This document shows, piece by piece, positions 14,801-26,914 of a stretch of DNA of 64,000 nucleotides. Location of the stretch: NCBI GenBank assembly GCA_022605425.2, contig CM061246.1, positions 868,001-932,000 of the forward strand, written 5' to 3'. A program made the translations under genes and the position numbers. The stretch comes from Hamiltosporidium tvaerminnensis FI-OER-3-3. Its lineage: Eukaryota > Fungi > Microsporidia. The notes under the pieces were generated by a model that made no database searches, was not told the origin of the DNA, and saw only the letters and a program-made list of their open reading frames with translations. Numbering within the stretch: position 1 is the stretch's first letter; each line of letters begins with the position of its first letter.

Positions 14801-15901
14801 ATAGGGAATGGTTCAAAATATCCATTGAAAGAGATTAATTCAATGTTATGAGTCAAATGTTTAAATTGGTTTTGAAAAATTTAGCATGTTTATACGTTCT
14901 TGCTGCTTTCTAAGTAGCACAAATATTATAGTAAAACTTTAAACGAGTTTTAATTTATCTAAGATAATATATTTCCTAATTATAAAATTTGATTTATTAA
15001 AATTATGTGTTTTAATGAGCAGATTAACTTTAAAGATGCTTGTCGCGATCATACATGACTTAAAATAAAATAATCTAATCATATACTTCTTTATTAAGTA
15101 AGTAAGCCTTTCGGTCCTTGAAACGAATGAGATATATTTTTTGTTTGAAGATTTTATAAGAATTGCCTAAAATTAAATTTAAGAGAAAAATTTATTAAGA
15201 CTGCTATCTTAGATTCAAAATATCTTTATAAAATATTGTTTAATACCCTATAAACTAGCTCAATTATATTTTACATTTAAGTTTTATTTTATGAAACAGA
15301 CCAATATAAAGTTTATTTATGTAACGATGCAAGTTTAATTTATATACAGACTGTTGATTATGGCATAATCAATAAGCAGAAGAGATTTTGGCAAATAAAT
15401 TCATAAAAAGTTTAAAGCGAAATATTTTATTGAGAAATACATTCCAGAGTATTAAATAAAGCTTATAAAATCCAAGCTTTGAATTTCTTTAAAATTATCT
15501 GATGAATTATTTTTATAAAGAAATAAACTTATTAAGTTATTCAATGATAATACTCGAGACAAATGAGTATTATTAATTAAATATATTTAAAAATAAAAAA
15601 AACATTTGGTTTTTTTTTACAAATTATATCGCACATTTTTTGAAAAGAAATATCAAAGAAGAATATTTAAAGAATTACGAAAAATAAACCTAAATCTAAA
15701 CCAAAATGGAATCATAAAAAAATTAGGATGCAAAACTGGATTGTGAAATGTCTTTAAATTGGATTTACACATAAAAAATGGATTTTTTTCTACTTTTACT
15801 CGTTTACTATTAAATTAAGCCGTTAGGTTTGAGTCTATGCCAAATATTTTTAACTTAAGAAAGAAATATTCTTACAATAATTATAAAACGAATTTAATTA
15901 A

Positions 15902-16627
15902 TCAATTATAATTCATATTCTCAAAAATGCCACCTAACCATTTAATTGATGTGAAAACAGTAACAAGAAAAGTGTAACATCCAAAAATTGCCCAAACAAA
16001 ATAAAAATATGTGTCTAAATCAGAATTATCAGTTTTGCCTTCTTTTGTTGAACGGGGATTCAGTTGATAAGTAAGGAGTACATAGTTGATAATACATAAG
16101 AAACACACAAATACAGGCGAAAGGAATTGTATAAATACATAATAAGATAAAAACGGATATAAAAAATAAATGGAAGCAAATCCACAATATTTCAAATACT
16201 GAAGGGATTTTCCATTAAAGTCTACATCATAAAATGTAATGGCACACGTATATAAATATGATATTATCACATGTAAAAGACTATAAATAAAACTATCCAC
16301 ATAATCTAAACCTCCAAAATTTTCTGATATTTTAAATTTCAGTTTTAAAAAAATACCAGCAAAAAGACCAGTGGAAAAGCTATTTATATATATAAGAAAT
16401 CGTGTTTTTGCAATGAGAGTATTATCCGGGCTAAAATAATAAATAGACATTAACACTTTAATCATATACATTATTATCAAATATTGAATAATAAACAAAT
16501 CAAGTTCCTCCTTATAAAATATATATAACAAACTTCCATAAAATATATCGAACATACATATTAAACAAGAATAAAAAAGAATAAAAATCGAAAAAATACC
16601 ATATTCTATTATTGAATTAATTATCAT
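15902..16627 (-). CDS. Hypothetical multi-pass membrane protein (~7 TM), possibly a divergent Bax inhibitor-1/TMBIM-like protein
   Basis: 241-aa ORF, long for this AT content, with about 7 hydrophobic segments. Only the size and topology resemble BI-1; no diagnostic motif is certain. Confidence 0.7.
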   Translation of the reverse strand: MIINSIIEYGIFSIFILFYSCLICMFDIFYGSLLYIFYKEELDLFIIQYLIIMYMIKVLMSIYYFSPDNTLIAKTRFLIYINSFSTGLFAGIFLKLKFKISENFGGLDYVDSFIYSLLHVIISYLYTCAITFYDVDFNGKSLQYLKYCGFASIYFLYPFLSYYVFIQFLSPVFVCFLCIINYVLLTYQLNPRSTKEGKTDNSDLDTYFYFVWAIFGCYTFLVTVFTSIKWLGGIFENMNYN

Positions 16628-19600
16628 TTCAAACGGTAGGAATTTAATTTATTTTAATAATAGAATCCTACAAAAATGATAAATTACTTCTTCGTTACCC
16701 TTTTTATACCTTTCTTTGACAAAAATTATCTTTTAACAATGAAAAAAATCACAATTTATCAAATAATCCGTTTTATATATCTATAATAATATAGGTTGAG
16801 AAATCCGTTTAGTTCTCAAAAACAATTTTTATTTACTATTTTTTATTCTAAATGTTTATTAATATTAATATATAAAATATTTCTTAAAAAATTCTTTGTT
16901 TCAATCATTTATATAACGTATTTAGAATTCTCATTACTATAAAAATTGGCTTTCTATTTACAGGAAAATTTTAATTGTTTTTTATACTGAAATATATTAT
17001 GCCTTTTATTTAAATGGTGCCATGTTCGAAAAATATATTAATACATAAGGTTACAGTAAAATTATTTTGAATAACGAATTTCAATATCTTAAATCATATT
17101 TAAGTAATCTATGTTAAATTTAAACTGGTGTTTATCAAAAATAACTGAAAATAAATTTAATAAGAAAATAGAGTTTTTTTCTATTTTGAAAAATTCTAAT
17201 AAAATTTTCAGTTATATATTTAATTCGGTATTTATATTTAAAATTAGTACTTGCATTGAGTGTGTTTTGATATTTTTTATTATTCTTATTATTTCTCTTG
17301 TAGCATTCTACTGCTGTAATATGTAAGAATAGAAATATGAGATATTTTACTTACAAATAATATTAACTTTCTGTTTAATTTTTTCACGTATTTTTACACT
17401 CGACTTAGATATTTTCGGAATATCAAAAATACATTTCTAAAAAATATATTTTTCATGTATTGCTTTTTCTGAATTAAATACCTTATTAAATTCTTTCAAA
17501 AATTGTTTTGGTAATAACTAGATAAATTCAATTATTTTTATAGTTCTACATTTATTTTATTTTGTAATTTTTATAAAAAATCGTAGTATATTTTGGGTTT
17601 AAATAAGTTAATTAATTAGATTTTTCTTCAAAAAATTTGAAATTAATAATTAAAAGCATAAGATAAAATTTTATATTTTAATTCAAACTGTTTTTTAAAT
17701 GAAATAAATTAAATATTTAAAAAATCGAATATAAGTATTTTTTAAGTTATAGCGGCAGGAATAAATTGTTGCAAAGAACGTATTTTTGAGTCAATACATC
17801 ATAGTGATAAAATAATATTTCAATAATAGGTAATAATAAAGCTCAATTACTAAAAAATTTATAAAATGAAATTACAAATGCAAATATAGCTAAACCTGTA
17901 AATATTTTATTAATTTAAACTCTAATATAAGACAGTAGTAAAAAACGGCAATTTCTAACAAAATATTTGATATATTAAGTTTATAAAAAAGGATCGAATT
18001 TATGTGAGCCTTTGATTTGTCAAACAAAAAGTAAAAATTACTTCTGTCATGCCCTTTTTATACCTTTTTATTTGAGAAGAATATTTAAACATTAATTATT
18101 ATTTCTATTTTGTACAAATTTGATTATTTTTTATGAATTTATTCAAATTTAAAAAATACATTTAAACTTGAAGGAAATCATATTTTATCTCCTGGAAATG
18201 TTATGACATACACGTTTATTTTAAAATATTTTTCATATTTACCAGTCTCAGTGATATTAAATGCGTTTTATATTCTCTAAACCAAGAGTCGCTAAGATTC
18301 TTAGCCCACAAACCAGAATAACTTATATTAAAAGTTAACAAGGGTTGGGAACACATTGGATCCTATACCAAAGTACTGAAAATTATCTCTTAAAAGTTTA
18401 ATAGTGTACTTTGAATCAAAACTTAAAAGTTTCATACAGACTTTTAAAACAAAAAAAAGTAATCTTTATAGTATTTTTAAATTAAAATATTCAAATTGAT
18501 CACAGGAATTTTATAAGAATCTGTTAGCTATATAATTCAACATATTCATAAATTTATGGAGGTTTTTTTACGTTTTCGGCACTAATTATCTATTTGAGAA
18601 AACATTCTTTAGTATGAAATACACAAAATGTATTTAGAGATATATATCAAATATGCCTTTAAAGTCATTATTGATAATTGCCACTAAGAAATTTTGCCAC
18701 GGTTTCAACAAATAATTAGTGACAAATCACCACTACATTTATATCACACACAATAAATTATGCTACATATTTTTTGTTATTTCGTTTTGAATTTTTAGGA
18801 TAAAATAATAAAAAATATGATTGGTGTTTCAAAAAATGTTGAAAACCAAATGATTTTTTTTTGCATTACAGATTTATAATAAAAATTGTTATATGTGTAA
18901 TTTTTATGAATGATTCATTTATATTTTTTTATTTGTCACCTTAGTAAAAACAAATACCTACAAAAAAACATCTGTCGAACCGTAGTTTAGAGCCCCCTGT
19001 TCTAAACAATTTTAAGATTAAAAGTGTATTTATGTAGATTCTTTTACAAAAATAATCTTTTATTTAGCTCTTTTAACTTTATTTGTGGTAACTATAAAGG
19101 CTTTTAATATCTTAAAAAATAGTACTTTTCTAAAATTTTATGACTAAAAAATTGGCAAATTAGAGTTTTATTTGATTCAATTATTATAATTGAATCAATC
19201 TTGTTACAAAATTCTCCTTCTTAAACCAAATTTATTCACTCATTCTTAATACCAGTCAGTACCATTTTTATCTTCATCGTACAATCTACGGTATATTCTA
19301 ATTTATTCGTTATTATACTTAAGGCACTATTTAAATAATAAAAGTTTCTTTCGATTTTTTAGCGTGACCAACCAACATGAATCTGGTATTTAGAATATAC
19401 TCAAAATATATTTACATTCTGTTGCTTTAATAAATCTTTTTTATGTATCTCAGTTCGTAAAATCTTTTGGTTTTATTGATTAAAAGTATATATTTTAATA
19501 TTTTTGGACTCAATTATACCGAATTCACTGGTGATTTTATTGGTACAGAGCAACATTTTCGGAAAGACGCAAATACTGATTGAAATGGGGTTTATAAAAA

Positions 19601-20408
19601 ATGCTGGTTTTAATATATGAGAAAGCGACTTTTTGGCGTACTTCTCTAAAGAAAATAGGAATTTTTTATCACAGGGCATCTTTCCTCCGACTTCTGATAT
19701 TACTTAGTTGTTTGTATAAGAAATAAAAGTAGGGTATGTAGAGGTCTCTACAATATTCGTCTATATAAAATCCTATGTACGATTTGGATTTAGAGTGTTT
19801 AGAAAAATCTATAATTTTGCTATCTTACATTTAGATTTGGTATAGGTAACATGCAATTGGTTTTTTAGTTCTCTTTTTCTAGCAGAAAACACCTCTCTCA
19901 CTTCCATTCTTCATTTTAGAATGAATTAATATATATGTCGTACATAAAAAATATTTGTTCAAACTTGTATCTTCTTACTAACCTTTAAACTTTCAAATTA
20001 AATTTACGAGTGCTATATTGAAAAATTCGCACAGAAAAATTTGATCGCACAAAGAATCCTTCATTTATTAATTTATTTAGGTAACCTATATCGATTTTCT
20101 AAATATTTTTTAACACCTGTCGATAGAATTTATTAGGTTAATTCTGCTCCTAACACATTAAATTTATCTATAGATTTATAAATCTAAATTTCACTGAATT
20201 CCATCACCAAAAATAGAATCAGATAAATAGATAGATGAAGAAGTATGCAAGTAAATAATTATAATCCATTGATTTATATTTGTTTTCTAGGTTTGCTTAA
20301 ATCAAGAATAAATATAAAATAATTTTATATTGATTCAGCTATACTGTTACTTTTTTTGAATATTTGATTTTGTATTATTTATTGTTGTCAGTTTTGTAAT
20401 TTTTCTTT

Positions 20409-20765
20409 ATCTTGTGTTGATCGTAATTGGGTTTTATGACAAAAAAGATTCTATATGTAAGAAATTATGGTGAAGAGAGCTGGTAAAGATCGTCAATGGG
20501 GGTTATTAAAAGAGCTGAGACGCACGAGGAGCCAAAACTCTTTTTAAAACAAGTGAGTAACGAGGAGGACAGTGTTAAACATGTTAAAACATTAAAATAA
20601 TACACCGCCTATTTCAAAAGAAGGAACCACGTTAGAGGAACCGAAGATAAACATAAGTGAAGAGTCGGATTTAGAAGAAGAGACGGTAGTGGTAACAGAG
20701 GTTGAAAATAATTAAAAAGTTTTAAGCAGAATTTTTTAAATAAAATAATACAGTAAAATAAAATT
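20409..20765 (+). mobile_element. 3' tail fragment of the RLE-type non-LTR retroelement, decayed
   Basis: Reads GEESW*RSSMGVIKRAETHEEPKLFLKQV...NNTPPISKEGTTLEEPKINISEESDLEEETVVVTEVENN*; paralogous to 3679-3935. Confidence 0.6.
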
Positions 20766-20836
20766 ATTTTTTTGCCATATATCTCCAGTAATTATATTCA
20801 ATCGTTTATAAAATAATTTTTATTTGAAATATAAAT

Positions 20837-21766
20837 TTAATTTTTTTTGTGTTTTTTTGCGTTTTCTCTGACCAAAAAATCTTCTATTGATTTTTTAACA
20901 TTTGTGTCATCAGAAGGTATTTTATTTTTATTTTTAAAAAAGTTTCTTTCTTTAAAATCTGTATCATATAATTTATACATAAAATTTAATTCCTTTTCAA
21001 TTTCTAAATCTAACTTTGCAAAATATTCTTTATCTAAATTAAAAGATAAATAAATTGCAATATAACAAATTAAATGAATATCTAAATTAATTATACCAGG
21101 GCAAAAAATAAGATCATTAAGTTTTTTAGTAACTTTGTAAATAAACTCTTTATAGTATTTAGAAATATCATTAAATTTATCTTTACAATTGGATATTACA
21201 GTATCTTTCATTTTGATATGATTAGATATATTAATTTGTGATTCTATTGCCTTAAAATTTGAATCGGAAATAGAAATATGATTTGTGTTTATATCAGGAG
21301 TATTTACGAAAGAAAAATCGGTATTTTTGATAAATTGTATACAAATATCTTTATTATTTGTAAAAAAGCAATGCAATATTTTAAGCGGATTTATTATAAT
21401 TGGATTGAATCCAAAATATTTTAAAATATTCATTTCAATTAAAACAATTCGTTCTTTTATTTTGCTTGCATCTAAAACAGTTAAATTTTGATATTTTGTC
21501 TCAAAATATTCACTTTTTAAAAAATTATAAACACAAATAATTCGTTTCAAATTACAATTTTGTTCTTCTAATTTTGAAGCCACTAATATACAACTTATCG
21601 CAACATCAAGGTTATTATATTTTATAAAATTTTTCTTTCTGTAAAATTTATGAAAAAGAAATACTGAAGTACAAAACGTTGTGTGAGATAATTGAAGCAA
21701 TTCTGATATGTTTTTTATAAAAAAACAGGATATATAAGAAATCTTTAAGTTGTTGTTTTTCTCCAT
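20837..21766 (-). CDS. Transcription-type cyclin (cyclin L/K/T-like)
   Basis: N-terminal cyclin box: ELLQLSHTTFCTSVFLFHKFY...VAISCILVASKLEE...IKERIVLIEMNILKYFGF. CCC motif immediately before the ATG. Confidence 0.85.
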   Translation of the reverse strand: MEKNNNLKISYISCFFIKNISELLQLSHTTFCTSVFLFHKFYRKKNFIKYNNLDVAISCILVASKLEEQNCNLKRIICVYNFLKSEYFETKYQNLTVLDASKIKERIVLIEMNILKYFGFNPIIINPLKILHCFFTNNKDICIQFIKNTDFSFVNTPDINTNHISISDSNFKAIESQINISNHIKMKDTVISNCKDKFNDISKYYKEFIYKVTKKLNDLIFCPGIINLDIHLICYIAIYLSFNLDKEYFAKLDLEIEKELNFMYKLYDTDFKERNFFKNKNKIPSDDTNVKKSIEDFLVRENAKKHKKN

Positions 21767-21774
21767 GGGGTGGG
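21767..21774 (-). promoter_or_regulatory. CCC-like motif directly upstream of the cyclin start codon
   Basis: Minus strand reads agCCCACCCCatg. CCC-like motifs next to start codons are an established microsporidian signal and stand out in this AT-rich background. Confidence 0.6.
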
Positions 21775-21849
21775 CTTTTACTGGTTGCTAGTATCTTAAA
21801 ATAAAAACAGGAATTTTTTTAATTTTTTTTACAGAATAATATCTTTAAA

Positions 21850-22490
21850 TCAAATTTAGTAGCTAAAAGAGGGAAACTGATGGCAAAGTTTGAATAATAA
21901 ACCTTCGTATTCATTTTAGAAATTAAAATAAAACTTATCTCATAAGAGTCTAAGTTACTTCATAAGATTCTCTTCAAACTTAAAACAAAGAAATTCAGAT
22001 AGAAGTATTTATTGGCTAATGAAATAACTCTGTTTCATAAGTGGATTCAGAGTCAATTTATAATGTGATAACTTGACATGATATTGTAATTGAATGACGT
22101 AAAATGCGCCCTAAGTAGCTTCAAAAACCAGTAAGAATATAAACCACCACTCTGTCAGTAATACTCAAAAAAATAGTCTAAACTATTTTTTAGATTGCGA
22201 ATAGGTTTATGATCAAGAGTACGTATCCATCATAGCCGGAAAAAAGTATCTATAGATTTGATACAAGGAGCTCGAGACACGAAAATTCTAGCTTCAATAC
22301 ACATAGATTTCAACGAGAAAGAATGTAGTAAACGAATAAGACCAAATTTAGAAAAGCCGAAAGAGAGGATATAATGCACAAATCAAGGCTTTGACTTAAA
22401 ATAAACAAAAATATTCAAATATAGAAGGCCAGTCAAATGAAATGGCGGAGATGTAGAATAAACCAAGTAAAACATCAAATAAAAATAAAT
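21850..22490 (+). mobile_element. Decayed restriction-like endonuclease (RLE) domain and tail of a non-LTR retroelement
   Basis: Stop-ridden translation NNKP.VFIL...LIRV*VTS*DSLQ...KYLLANEITL...VIT*HDIVIE*RKM...SVILKKIV*TIF follows the order of the recalled RLE consensus NRPDI..LIEVGITSQD..KYDLLANEL..VMTWDGIVTKYH..VLKKTVETISF. Confidence 0.6.
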
Positions 22491-22888
22491 GAACATTATT
22501 TCCATTGTATTTTACATTTAAATTTTAAAGAATTCTTGTGATTCATATACAAAGATTTATTCTTAAAAGATTGTTTTACTATTTTAAGAAACCTTTTTCG
22601 TTTTATTTGTATTTTATTACTTACTTTTACCTTTGATTGATTAAATTCTCATATTAAAAAATCTTTAATCATATTTTTTCGATCATAAATGAGCAAAAAA
22701 AAATTAGCGGTGATAACAAAATATTTAATTCTAACCACTACAACATAGATTAAATGAATAAATATTTATTCTTGTAAATAATATTTTTTTATAAACTAAA
22801 TAAGCAATGCTAATCGATTCTGACTAGATCAATCATTTTTTTGTTAAAAAACATTTTTTATAAAAAATTTTACGATAACCGTTATTAA

Positions 22889-23677
22889 ATGGATAAATCA
22901 TTTCTTTGCTCAAAAAAATATCCCAAAGAAAACAAATCATTGATAAAAAACTTATGTATTTCCTGTAAACAAGACTCAAACATAGTAATAAAAGATACAG
23001 AATATTGTAACCAATGTTTCACCTCTGTACAGCTAAAAAAATACAGAAAGAATTTAGACATAATTGAAAAGGATCACAAAGTTTTATTTTGTTTATCCCA
23101 ATCTCTAATTTCATACGTAATGCTTTTTTTTATATTTAAATGTTTCCGTTTAAAAGATAAAATTTTCATTTTAGTTTCTACTGATTGTGATAAAAAAATA
23201 TTGGATTTAATCGAAAAATTTCAATTGAATATTATCAAAGATAATTTTATAATTAATTCAAATTATGAAGAATATAGAACTAATATGATTAATTTTGCAT
23301 CTGATAACAACTTTGATATACTTTTATTGGATGAAAATATTCATATGTTGGTTACTTTTGTTCTCACAGGTTTTTGTACAAATCAAATACAAAATTTAAA
23401 CGAAAGAATACAAAATACAGAAACATATAAAAATTTATATATTTTAAAACCATTTAGTAATTTTATTGATAAGGAAATACTTTATTGCTATTTTCTTTTT
23501 AAGGAAATTGTTTCTTTTAAAATTTATAATTTTAAATTTGAACCACTTTTTTTAAAATGTTATGATTTTGTTTATCATCTAAGTTTAAGAAATTATTCTA
23601 CTCCATTTAATGTGATAAATACATTAAAAAAAGCATTTTTAGAAATTAAAGAAGAAGAATTAAACATAAAATTATGA
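22889..23677 (+). CDS. CTU2: Cytoplasmic tRNA 2-thiolation protein 2 (Ncs2/Ctu2-like)
   Basis: N-terminal CxxC...CxxCF (CISC...YCNQCF...KKYRK), degenerate PP-loop region, ILKPFSNFIDKEI (cf. RPLRD...KEI) and C-terminal NYSTPFNVINTLKK (cf. PST..TV.RT..KL). Confidence 0.7.
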   Translation: MDKSFLCSKKYPKENKSLIKNLCISCKQDSNIVIKDTEYCNQCFTSVQLKKYRKNLDIIEKDHKVLFCLSQSLISYVMLFFIFKCFRLKDKIFILVSTDCDKKILDLIEKFQLNIIKDNFIINSNYEEYRTNMINFASDNNFDILLLDENIHMLVTFVLTGFCTNQIQNLNERIQNTETYKNLYILKPFSNFIDKEILYCYFLFKEIVSFKIYNFKFEPLFLKCYDFVYHLSLRNYSTPFNVINTLKKAFLEIKEEELNIKL

Positions 23678-23801
23678 TTTTTTAGACTTAAATATTTCAG
23701 TTTGATATTAAAAAAAGCATTTTTAGAAATTAAAGAAGAAGAATTAAACATAAAATTATGATTTTTTAGACTTAAATATTTCAGTTTGATATTAAAAAAA
23801 G
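23623..23801. repeat. Perfect 84-bp tandem duplication spanning the CTU2 stop codon
   Basis: Unit starts at 23623 and 23707; the 11-bp attaaaaaaag recurs a third time at 23791. Confidence 0.95.
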
Positions 23802-25863
23802 TTTTATTGGGAAAAGAAAAACAAAAAACGATATTTTAATTTATATTATTGGTTCTTTTTCAAATAAAACTTTTTTTGACTTTATAATATTTGTACTGGT
23901 AATACAAATATATAAAGGACAGTTTAAATTTGTAAATTGTCTTTTTGAAACAATTTTTTAACTTAAAATTTTTGTATTTTCTAAGAAAATAGTTTTAAAG
24001 TTTTGTTCGTAAAAAATCTAAAATTAGAAATATTTTAATGGGCTTTTAGTTAAAGTATATCACATATTTTAGGTTGCGCTAAAGAAAATTAAATTAAGAA
24101 TTTTTATTTTTCTTAATAAAAAGCTTAAAAAAGTAAATAAAATTACGAATTTAATAATGGTATTTGTAATATATAAAATCTTTCAGTGAAATACTGGTGG
24201 ATTTTATTGTAGATTATATTTTATATGGCAAGAATATATATTCAGCTTAAATATTTACTTAGGTCTGGGTTAAAAAGAGACTTAGTAAGTTATTACTTTT
24301 TTCCTATAAAACGATATAAGAAAATTTCTTTACATTCGATAGGTTTGGAATTGCAAATAATTAAAAATGTGTTCTTTAATTTCCTTATATTCTGATTGAT
24401 TAAATACGATATGAAACAATTTTCTGCCTTAATCAGGTGAAAATAAATTATATTATACATATTTAATGAATCTGATTAAAAAGATCTTGGAAATACATTG
24501 AAATTTGGCAATTCGATGTGCCAAAATAATTCTAAATGTGATATTGTCAAAATATGGTTTAGGAAGAATATTTGTATTGTATTTTTAAAGTGAATTAAGA
24601 ATATCTGTTCAGTTTATATCAGAAAAAGATTATATCAAAATAAGAGTTTAGAAATTGGATTATACAATGGTATATCAATGACATAATGTATTGAAAATCC
24701 ATTTTAAAAAAATTATAATATTATGTATTAGATATAAGCAATTTTATTTCCGAATCCAAAACACTGGAATTTATGATGTAGCAGCGAATTTGTTTTAATT
24801 AATTCTGTATTTGATAGAATACAATGTTTTTATCTAGTTTACCAATCTAAATCCATTTCTTCCAACATTACTTAGAATATAGAGATAAATTAAATAAAAT
24901 CATCAAAAGAAATGTGAAACTTTTTTTGATCTGTTAAAAGCCCGTTTTCTAGATTATAAAAATAGATATTGAATAATAAATAAACTGATATTTATAGCTT
25001 CGAAAATAAAATCAATTTTTATAAACAAAACTAACAATTTAGACCAGAATTGACACTAAATATGGATAAACGACAGAATAAAAAAGTGAAATGAAAAATT
25101 ATCAAAATTTAACACAAAAAAGAAAAAGAAGCGTTTAAAATACATATTAATTGTTAAAGGTGCAGCATATACAAATCTGTATTTATTTTAGATTCTCGAA
25201 TATTAAATTTTTAAGTATTTCTTTCTGTTTAAGAAATACTATTTTATTGTTTGCTTATTATTTATTTTGTTTATTTTAAGTGTTTTTAATCAATATACTA
25301 TCGTATTTACATTATTTTTCAAATATTTTCTTATCTTAAAATATACATTTCTATTTGTATTTGTATTTCTTATCGAATTATTAATATAAACTCGTATTTC
25401 TTAATCTTCTATCTATTGTTTCAATCGCAATATCTTTTTAAAAATATACTTTTATTAGTTTAATTATCATGAAACGATTTAAAAAATTAAAGATAAAATA
25501 ACATTATTAATTTTATTGGTGTAGCTTATCTAAAAAAAGATATCTCAATAGTATTGCTATTGAATACTCTTAATTATAAAAAAAAGATTAAATTCCAATT
25601 TTTAAATTGAAAAGAATAAGATTTAAACATAATATTCACAGAAAAAACAATGTTCATTAAGAAAATTAGAAATAAATGTATTTTTGACAAATTATCTTCG
25701 TTAATAAAACAAAAAACCAACATTTTTAATTTAAAATTTAATTTTATAAAACTGTTTTACAACAGAAAATGAATCTTATCATTTTTCAAATCAAAATGAA
25801 TTCTAAATTGTTTCATATCTGTGACAGAAAATCTATTTATATTTTTATTCTGTTTTAAGTTAG

Positions 25864-26682
25864 ATGCTACTTTCCACTGCAATGTTAATGTTTCTAGGAT
25901 GTATATTTGGTAAAGTGTTTATTCCACCAGAAGAGTTGGCATTGCCACCTTCATTGCATTTATACGATCCTTTGTCTTGTACCACGGAAAATAAAACTTA
26001 TACTGTTGATTTGAAAGTACACACTCAAGATTCTGTTGTAAAGGCTATACATTCAATAGCTACAAGTCAAATCGATCCCCACGAAACAGAAAGAGAGGCT
26101 ATAGTTGCCTATTTTGGAACAATTATAGATGAATTAAACAATTTCTTAATCAAGTATAAAGTCCAATTACATCTAAATTTAGATTCTTACAATACGGATG
26201 AATTCATGGGAAATATCAGTGTAGATCCTTCGTGTGAAAAATCTTCACCAGTAATAGAAAGAACTTCATCAGCTTTTTCATATTTAAAAGATTCTTTCAA
26301 TGACAATATTGGTGTACATTTATTCGTGTGGGGATGCATTTATATCAGTAATATGGCAGAATTGGAAACCGTTTATAGTAATTTACGATGTGGCAGAGTT
26401 ATTGGTGTGTTGTGGAAAGGTGCCGGTGAAACAAGAACAATAATAAAAACTGCTATTATGGATGCACTTACAGGTATTCAACACAGTTATCTTTCAGATA
26501 ACGAATTCGATGCAAAATTTGCTGCAGAGTTGTGTAAATATGTCACACAATGCATTGGAATGGATAAAAGTGAAATCGGCCAGTTGGTTTGGGGTACAGA
26601 TTTGGTTCATTATACTGATCCAGTTCATAATCATCCCCCAGCAGATGTATTAGATCCATATGATGCTGTTATGTATCATTAG
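25864..26682 (+). CDS. Secreted protein, probable microsporidian spore wall protein (SWP7-like)
   Basis: 272-aa ORF with a signal peptide (MLLSTAMLMFLGCIFG), several spaced Cys and higher GC than its flanks. The SWP7-like label is from recollection only. Confidence 0.7.
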   Translation: MLLSTAMLMFLGCIFGKVFIPPEELALPPSLHLYDPLSCTTENKTYTVDLKVHTQDSVVKAIHSIATSQIDPHETEREAIVAYFGTIIDELNNFLIKYKVQLHLNLDSYNTDEFMGNISVDPSCEKSSPVIERTSSAFSYLKDSFNDNIGVHLFVWGCIYISNMAELETVYSNLRCGRVIGVLWKGAGETRTIIKTAIMDALTGIQHSYLSDNEFDAKFAAELCKYVTQCIGMDKSEIGQLVWGTDLVHYTDPVHNHPPADVLDPYDAVMYH

Positions 26683-26763
26683 GTTACCCAGTTTTATTAA
26701 GTGTTTTGTCAAAGACTTTTAGTAATAAAATATAATTTGTATTTGAAATTTAATTTTTAACTT

Positions 26764-26914
26764 TTGAGTATTTAATAGGCGGTATTTTACAAATGTTCTT
26801 CTAAAAATAAATATTTTATTGTTTATTTCTTCTTGAGTATTAAATAGGTTGTAAATTACAAATGTTCTTCTCAAAATAAATATTTTATTGTTTATTTCTT
26901 CTTGAGTATTAAAT
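26764..26914. repeat. Imperfect 69-bp tandem duplication downstream of the spore-wall-type gene
   Basis: Units start at 26764 and 26833 (6 mismatches counted) with a partial third at 26902; each unit contains aataaa. Confidence 0.9.

Noticed and set aside
19250-19700. Possible RT fragment (…NPISIS…GII…NQ) on the minus strand
   Set aside because: Only a vague match to the RPI motif, with no second convincing motif.
24200-25000. Possible decayed LRR gene
   Set aside because: A few LxI-like peptides among many stops; not distinguishable from AT-rich background by eye.
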